DNA of 64,000 nt from assembly GCA_963675665.1 (NCBI GenBank), contig OY776510.1:1184001-1248000 (forward strand), read 5' to 3'. This document shows positions 58,384 through 64,000 of the stretch, in pieces. The position numbers and the translations under genes are program-made. The stretch is from Spirochaetia bacterium. Lineage in GTDB: Bacteria > Spirochaetota > Spirochaetia > UBA9216. Below the pieces are notes generated by a model. It saw only the letters and a list, made by a program, of their open reading frames with translations, made no database searches and was not told where the DNA came from. Each line of letters begins with the position of its first letter. Position 1 is the first letter of the stretch.

Positions 58384-59898
58384 TCAGTCTGTGGGTTGTG
58401 TTGAAGCTTTTTGAATCCGGTCGTTTACAGCCTTTCCGAGCCCCTTTTCAGGAAGCCGGTATGCTACGATCTTCTTTAACCCGAGTTTATCAAGTCTGCG
58501 CATTGCAGCATAAAGGTTGACAGCAGCCTCTTCGGTGCTTCCCCGGGGGCTCAGTACTTCGACTGGTCCCGCGCTTGTGATTTTCACTGTTTTAAATAAC
58601 AGCAGTCCTGTTTCGGGATCATTATTCGACTCAACATCTCCTTCTTTCAGAATAAACGGAGTCCGGGGAGAGTAGTGGCTGGCAAGGAGGCCTGGGCTTT
58701 CAAGGTTTTTCAGCTGCGGTTTTTCCGCAGGATAAACCGGGCCTGTAATTTTCTCTATTTCCTCAACCGAAAGGCCGCCGGGCCGCAGAAGAACGGGATG
58801 TTCATGCACAAGCGACAGAACTGTTGACTCGACGCCTACGCGGCTTGCGCCGCCGTCAATAATCTTATAGCCGTATTCTCCGAGCTGTTCGGTTACATGA
58901 ACAGCGGTTGTAGGGCTGGTTTTTCCAAAGGCGTTTGCGCTTGGCGCAGCTATCGGGGTCCCTGCTTTTCTGATTAGTTCGATTGCCATCGGGTGGGCCG
59001 GCATCCGTACTGCAACCGTAGGGTTTCCTCCGGTAACAATATCGGGAACAGCCCCCAGTTTTTTGAAAACCAGGGTCAGAGGGCCCGGCCAGAATGCCTT
59101 TATAAGTTTTCGGGCTGTCCCGCTTATTTCACCGGTCAGCATGCCGAGCATTTCCATTCCCGATATATGTGCAATCAAAGGGTTAAACAGCGGCCGGCCT
59201 TTAAGTTCGAATATACGGGCAACCGCTTCCGGGTTGAACACATCGGCGCCCAGACCGTATACGGTTTCGGTCGGAAAAGCAACTATGCCGCCGCTTCTGA
59301 GAAAATCGGCTCCATCGTCAACATCGCAGTAATTTATGCCTTCGGCAGTGCCGGTTTGAGCTGTTTCGGACAGAATCCGCGCTGCTGCATCAGTCAGGTT
59401 ATGGAAGACGGGAACTTCCTGCGGCAATTCGCCGATATGGCCGGCGCCGTGCCCTGTCAGAACATAGAGTCCCCTTGCCCCGCCGTTGGCCGCGAATTCA
59501 ATATCGTGCGGATGATCGCCGATTACCCATGATGCAGTCAAATCCAGGCTGTATTCTGCAGCCGCTTTATGAAGAAAATAGGGTTTCGGTTTCTTGCAGT
59601 CGCAGTTGTCGGAAGTCTCATGCGGACAGACATACCATTCTTTTATGATTATTCCATTGTCACGAAGAACAGAATCGATATATTTATTTACAGTATGAAC
59701 TTCCTTTCCGGTGACAAGTCCTTTTCCAATGCCGCTCTGGTTGGTTACTACAAAAAGTTCATAATCATTCTGCAGGTGTTTGAGAGTTTCAAATGTATCA
59801 TCAAAAAATTCAACGGCATCAGGATTTCCTATATACCCGGAATCCTGAATAATTGTGCCGTCTCGATCGAGAAAAACAGCTTTCTTTATTCCTGACAT
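58384..59898 (-). CDS. sua5: Fusion of GmhB-like HAD-IIIA phosphatase and Sua5/TsaC2 L-threonylcarbamoyl-AMP synthase
   Basis: N-terminal FLDRDGT, TNQSG, CPH..CDCKKP, IGD; C-terminal FPTETVYGLGA, KGRP..NPLI.H, AAPSAN, GVEST, SPG...HYSP. Confidence 0.9.
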   Translation of the reverse strand: MSGIKKAVFLDRDGTIIQDSGYIGNPDAVEFFDDTFETLKHLQNDYELFVVTNQSGIGKGLVTGKEVHTVNKYIDSVLRDNGIIIKEWYVCPHETSDNCDCKKPKPYFLHKAAAEYSLDLTASWVIGDHPHDIEFAANGGARGLYVLTGHGAGHIGELPQEVPVFHNLTDAAARILSETAQTGTAEGINYCDVDDGADFLRSGGIVAFPTETVYGLGADVFNPEAVARIFELKGRPLFNPLIAHISGMEMLGMLTGEISGTARKLIKAFWPGPLTLVFKKLGAVPDIVTGGNPTVAVRMPAHPMAIELIRKAGTPIAAPSANAFGKTSPTTAVHVTEQLGEYGYKIIDGGASRVGVESTVLSLVHEHPVLLRPGGLSVEEIEKITGPVYPAEKPQLKNLESPGLLASHYSPRTPFILKEGDVESNNDPETGLLLFKTVKITSAGPVEVLSPRGSTEEAAVNLYAAMRRLDKLGLKKIVAYRLPEKGLGKAVNDRIQKASTQPTD

Positions 59899-59929
59899 GA
59901 GTTATTCATATGATCCTGAGAAGAAAAAA

Positions 59930-61081
59930 TCAAGGTGCCGGCCTGTTGTTTGAAGCCCTCAGAACGGTAAATCTGGTATCGTGCAGAACGGTACGGGTAT
60001 CGGAAAAATATTTTTTTAAGTGTTTATGGTAACCAAGATGATTATTGCCGACTATCTGAAGGATTCCGCCCGGCTTCAGAACCCTGCGGGCTTCGCTGAA
60101 CATGAATTCTGCGGGTTCAATTGTCTGGATGTTCTGAAAGTGGAAAGGGGGGTTGCACAGTACCAGATCCAGGCTGTTGTCGGTTATTCCTTCAAGCCCG
60201 TTTGTTACTCGAAATTCCGCCCTCGTGTCGAATCCGTTGAGTTCGGAATTCACAGAAGCCGCCTGGACTGCAAGGTAAGATTCGTCGTAAAAAAATATTT
60301 TTGCTTCAGGGTTCAGCTGTGCCGCGCAAAGCCCGAAAATACCTGATCCGCAGCCGAGGTCGGCAATTCTTTCAGCGCTTTTTACTTCCTGTTCCGGGAA
60401 AGCCCCGAGAAAGGCCGCAGTTCCGGGGTCGATGGCCGCGGAAGAAAAGACTGCCGGTGAGCTGCACAATTTTACCGCGTATTTTTCAAGCGTCCAGACA
60501 CGGCTGTCGGGCCTGGGGTGCGGGCTGGTTTTACCCCGGGAAGGTTTTGTACATTGAATCCATCTTGAGTGGCGTTCAAACGGAAATATCTCTGATACAA
60601 GAAGGAATTGCTCCATGAGCTTTCCGACGCTTTTATTCCAGCGTCTGTCCATTCCGCCAAGCCATATTTCTGTGCCGGCTGAGGCATATTCAAGCGAAAG
60701 ACGAACGTATATTTCGAGAAGTTCAAGGCTTTTGGGCAGCCGAATGAAAATTATGTCAGCAGCAGAAGAATTCCCTGTGCGCGAAGAAGTGGTACCGGTT
60801 TTTTCAAGCCTGCCGACAGCTGTTTCAGGGTTAAGCCTGCGGTTTTTTTCCAGGGCATTCAGCGATAAAAACGAGTCGTTCAGCGCGGTAATGTCTGATT
60901 TTCCCCAGGTCGTACCGAGCACGCCGAAAGCTTCTCCGGCTATAAGTATATTGGCCGGGGGGGCGGGAAACCGTCGCAGTATCCATTCGTCGGCTGCATC
61001 CCATGCCTGGTGGCTTTTGTCGCCCGGAAACGGGAAGCGTTCAAGGTTTAATTTTCCTGCGGGGCTTTCCCATGTTTTCAT
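59930..61081 (-). CDS. rlmG: 23S rRNA guanine-N2 methyltransferase RlmG-like
   Basis: QAWDAADE, DLGCGSG, DESYLAV, CNPPFH, N.HLGYH motifs; start at ATG 61081 (track start 61120). Confidence 0.8.
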   Translation of the reverse strand: MKTWESPAGKLNLERFPFPGDKSHQAWDAADEWILRRFPAPPANILIAGEAFGVLGTTWGKSDITALNDSFLSLNALEKNRRLNPETAVGRLEKTGTTSSRTGNSSAADIIFIRLPKSLELLEIYVRLSLEYASAGTEIWLGGMDRRWNKSVGKLMEQFLLVSEIFPFERHSRWIQCTKPSRGKTSPHPRPDSRVWTLEKYAVKLCSSPAVFSSAAIDPGTAAFLGAFPEQEVKSAERIADLGCGSGIFGLCAAQLNPEAKIFFYDESYLAVQAASVNSELNGFDTRAEFRVTNGLEGITDNSLDLVLCNPPFHFQNIQTIEPAEFMFSEARRVLKPGGILQIVGNNHLGYHKHLKKYFSDTRTVLHDTRFTVLRASNNRPAP

Positions 61082-61154
61082 GACCGAATCATACAGCATT
61101 TTTCCGGCTGTGTCGCCCATTGAGCGTAAAGCTGCTTCCTGCTATTATATATTC

Positions 61155-62216
61155 ATGATTGAGATTAGTACCCACATAAAAATAGCCGTTGCCGGATGCG
61201 GAAGTGCCGGACGGCATGACATAAGAGAATTTATGAAGACGGACGAGGTTGAGATAGTCGCCTGCTGTGATTCTGAGGAAGCAATTGCCCGGTTTACTTC
61301 AAAGGAATTCGGAATACCTTCATATTATACCGATATTGCAGGAATGCTTGATGCTGAGTCGGTTGATGCGCTTATTGTTGCGGTTCCGGACGGAGAGCAC
61401 CTGAAGGCTGCTTCAGAGGCGCTTAACAGGGGAGTACATGTGTTTTGTGAGAACCCTCTGGCCTCCAGCTATGCCGAGGCTGTAGAGATGACCAGGATGG
61501 CGCGTGACTCCGGTTTAATCGCGGTAGTGAACAGAACAGCGCTTGATACGCCCCTGATGAGGTCGGCTGTCAAATATGTCAAAACCGGCTCTCTTGGGCG
61601 TATAAGGTATTTTGAAGCTTCATTTATGCAGAACAGGCTGGATTCGGCTGTTCTGGATGATCCGTACGAGGAAAAGCGGCTCATATGGCGTCTTTCTTCT
61701 GCCGCAGGGTCAGGAGGAGCCATAGGGGAACTGGGATCAGTGCTTTTTGAGCTTGCCGCCTCGGTCTGTGGAGATCCTGCCGAGGTGTCGGCAATGATAA
61801 GCAATATTGGCGGTTTTGATGAAATTGATGAATACCGTGAGCTTGAACTGAATGCCGGCGACACATTTATCTGTCAGCTTGGTTTTGCCGGAGGTGCTGC
61901 CGGGGTAGTCCGGGGAAGCTGGATGTCCGGAGGCCCTTATGAACAGCTTACAATGGCGGTTTTCGGTGATAACGGAATGATTAAGCTTGATACCGCCGAA
62001 TCTGAAAATGAATTCAATTTGATTACGGCCGAAAGCAGCGTAAAAATTCCGGCGGACAGGACTGAAACCGGAATTTACGATAACTTCATCTCGGCTGTTA
62101 AGGGGGAGGCTGCGGCAGAATCAGGTTTTGATGAAAATCTTAAAATGCAGTATTTTATTGAGCAAAGCAGGCTGTCTGCCGACGGAGGCCTCAGGCTCGA
62201 GTTTGATTATCTGTAA
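61155..62216 (+). CDS. Gfo/Idh/MocA family oxidoreductase-like protein
   Basis: GCGSAG Rossmann motif, HVFCENPLA, GGAIGELGS; start ATG 61155 (the track extension is antisense to rlmG). Confidence 0.85.
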   Translation: MIEISTHIKIAVAGCGSAGRHDIREFMKTDEVEIVACCDSEEAIARFTSKEFGIPSYYTDIAGMLDAESVDALIVAVPDGEHLKAASEALNRGVHVFCENPLASSYAEAVEMTRMARDSGLIAVVNRTALDTPLMRSAVKYVKTGSLGRIRYFEASFMQNRLDSAVLDDPYEEKRLIWRLSSAAGSGGAIGELGSVLFELAASVCGDPAEVSAMISNIGGFDEIDEYRELELNAGDTFICQLGFAGGAAGVVRGSWMSGGPYEQLTMAVFGDNGMIKLDTAESENEFNLITAESSVKIPADRTETGIYDNFISAVKGEAAAESGFDENLKMQYFIEQSRLSADGGLRLEFDYL

Positions 62217-62917
62217 TCGGAAAAGCTTGTAATCGCTTCAAAACGTCTTTTTATTATCAGCATGTTAACCTTTCCCGACATCTTAAGCTGGTCGAGTACC
62301 CATTGTCTGCTGTCGCCTGTTTTGTATTCCAGGCCGATATTCATCTCTTCGACAAACGGGAAAAGCGGTTCGATTCGGTATTCAATGCTGACTGCCTGAC
62401 CGTTTTGTTTGTTTATCCAGACTGTGCCTATGCCGTTGTATTTATCGTTAAGCCTAATTTTAAACTCCCACACTGTACAGTACTGGTTGTTTCTGTATTC
62501 TGATCTGCCGGTATTCACGGCATAAACATCCTCCTGAATTCCCGGATCCAGCGGGTGCTTCTGCATGCCTTCCGTATCGGTACCTTCAGGCGGGCCGCCG
62601 CGGCTTTTTCCGTCGTTCTTCTCCAGCTCTCTTAGTTTCTTTACGGTAATATCCTTTCCGTCTTCCGTCGCTCTTAAAAGCTGCTGTACAGTTTCTCCGC
62701 TGCTGTCGTAGCTCAGTCTGTAAACCTGTTCTTCCGTTTTTTCCAGATTGCCTTTTCCGTCATATGTTTCCGAGAATATTACCATCCTGTAGGGTTTTAA
62801 TTCGGCACTTTCGCTGTAGACCTCTACTGCCCTGTCCCAGTCCGATACAGCATAAACCGGCGATACGGTCGTAATTATGAGGATGCAAAATATGGATATA
62901 ACTGAAGTTTTCAACAC
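62207..62917 (-). CDS. Hypothetical exported protein
   Basis: Signal peptide ending in VYA; beta-rich mature part ending FSDYR. Confidence 0.7.
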   Translation of the reverse strand: MLKTSVISIFCILIITTVSPVYAVSDWDRAVEVYSESAELKPYRMVIFSETYDGKGNLEKTEEQVYRLSYDSSGETVQQLLRATEDGKDITVKKLRELEKNDGKSRGGPPEGTDTEGMQKHPLDPGIQEDVYAVNTGRSEYRNNQYCTVWEFKIRLNDKYNGIGTVWINKQNGQAVSIEYRIEPLFPFVEEMNIGLEYKTGDSRQWVLDQLKMSGKVNMLIIKRRFEAITSFSDYR

Positions 62918-62999
62918 GATGTTTTAATTATAACCCGAAATTTACTTTTTACATTATGGGAATCACTAAAAAATGCAGTTTTCAGAGATTTGCCTTACT

Positions 63000-64000
63000 T
63001 TATTCAGAAAATAGCGGAAGCATAACAATAAAACAATTACCTGTATCTTTGCCGCATTCCAGCCGTATTTCACCCTGATGGAGTTCTGCAATCTTTTTTG
63101 CTATCGACAGGCCCAGGCCGCGTCCCGGTTCATTGTTTTCAAAACTAGTCCCGGTTCTGAAAAACCGATCGAATATCTTTTCGCGGTAATCAGAATTTAT
63201 TGCCTGCCCTTCGTCACAAACGCTGATCTCAATGCTGCTGTTGTTCTTTTTAACACCTACGGTGATTCTGCTTCCGTCCGGAGAATATTTGATTGCATTT
63301 TTAATCAGGTTGCCGAGCACTGTGCTGATTCTGATTACGTCGATGTTTAAAGAAGGCAAATTGTCAGGGAGTTTCCCGACAGCGAGTATATGGTTTCTCA
63401 CTGCCGCCTGCGGGATCCACCGGGCTGTTTCTTCGGAAATCAGTCTGTCTATCGGGAATCTCTCCAAATTCAGTTTGTATTCGCCGGAATCCGTTTCCGC
63501 GAGCCAGTCGAGATCGTAAACAATATTATTTAGCGAGTCGACCTCGTTTATGATCTGAAGAGCTGCTTCTCCGGACGGCACCAGTTCATCCAGCAGACCG
63601 CGGGCCTCAAGGCGAATGTTGTTAAGAGGGGTATTTATCTCGTGGGAAACATCGGAAAGCAATTGTTTTCTGGATTCCCGCTGGTTTTGCAGGGACGTGA
63701 GCATTTGAATGAAAGCCCTGCTCAGACGTCCAAGTTCATCCGAAGATGAAGGCATAACGGGTATACTGCTTCTTTTTTCGGTTATTGCCTGTGCTGCTTC
63801 TGTCAATTTTATTACCGGCCGCGTTATCCGGCGTGAAAAGAGAAGACTTAGAAAAATCGCAATGGCTGCAGTAATTAAACCCTTATAAATCCCGGATTTC
63901 AACAAATTCGAGATGTACACGCGTGAATGCTCGATAATATAATCTCGGCTGATATAGATAGTTACAATACCTACTGTTTCAGAAGTTCTGAAATCGATAA
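63000..64000 (-). CDS. HAMP-domain sensor histidine kinase (BaeS-like), 5' end outside the window
   Basis: SDVSHEINTPL H-box, NLIKNAIKYS, DEG, FDRFFR, GLGLSI; the frame stays open to the window edge. Confidence 0.92.
   Translation of the reverse strand, partial: IDFRTSETVGIVTIYISRDYIIEHSRVYISNLLKSGIYKGLITAAIAIFLSLLFSRRITRPVIKLTEAAQAITEKRSSIPVMPSSSDELGRLSRAFIQMLTSLQNQRESRKQLLSDVSHEINTPLNNIRLEARGLLDELVPSGEAALQIINEVDSLNNIVYDLDWLAETDSGEYKLNLERFPIDRLISEETARWIPQAAVRNHILAVGKLPDNLPSLNIDVIRISTVLGNLIKNAIKYSPDGSRITVGVKKNNSSIEISVCDEGQAINSDYREKIFDRFFRTGTSFENNEPGRGLGLSIAKKIAELHQGEIRLECGKDTGNCFIVMLPLFSE

Noticed and set aside
60615-61154. N-terminal 180 aa of the 533-aa ORF (apparent fusion to Gfo/Idh/MocA)
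   Set aside because: It is an antisense shadow of rlmG. The Rossmann fold starts right after ATG 61155, which has its own promoter.
1-64000. tRNA, rRNA, IS/transposase, integrase, prophage or defence genes
   Set aside because: I recognised none. Intergenic spaces are short and explained by promoters or terminators. A tRNAscan/Infernal run would be needed to exclude small RNAs formally.

Overview
A gene-dense 64 kb chromosomal window, most likely from a free-living spirochete (Spirochaetia). This is inferred from the 'AGGQQE'-type N-terminus of the solute-binding protein, spirochete-like lipoboxes and a giant protein ending in a FlgD-Ig-like domain. The flanks hold mostly housekeeping genes: pstS, a ZIP transporter, crcB, folE, thrH, plsC, htpG, putP, ltaE, aroA, argO, rlmG, an orphan cheA and a histidine kinase. 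The centre (about 20-52 kb) is a cell-surface/biofilm block. It contains a ~5100-aa secreted beta-helical adhesin-like protein with 6.6 near-identical 525-bp tandem repeats and a T9SS-CTD-like tail, three lipoproteins, and an atypical Pel exopolysaccharide locus (pelDEFG plus a divergent PelB-like gene; no pelA/pelC in the window; PelD lacks RxxD). Signals read directly from the DNA include a duplicated, covarying ~80-nt structured element in two 5' UTRs, an MgtL-like leader peptide coupled to a CNNM/CorC gene, a NorR-like sigma54 activator with three enhancer palindromes facing a peroxiredoxin, a Pho box, TetR operators and at least eight apparently leaderless genes. A GmhB-Sua5 fusion is also present. 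I saw no rRNA, tRNA, CRISPR array or IS element. All family calls come from motif recognition by eye; no database search was run.
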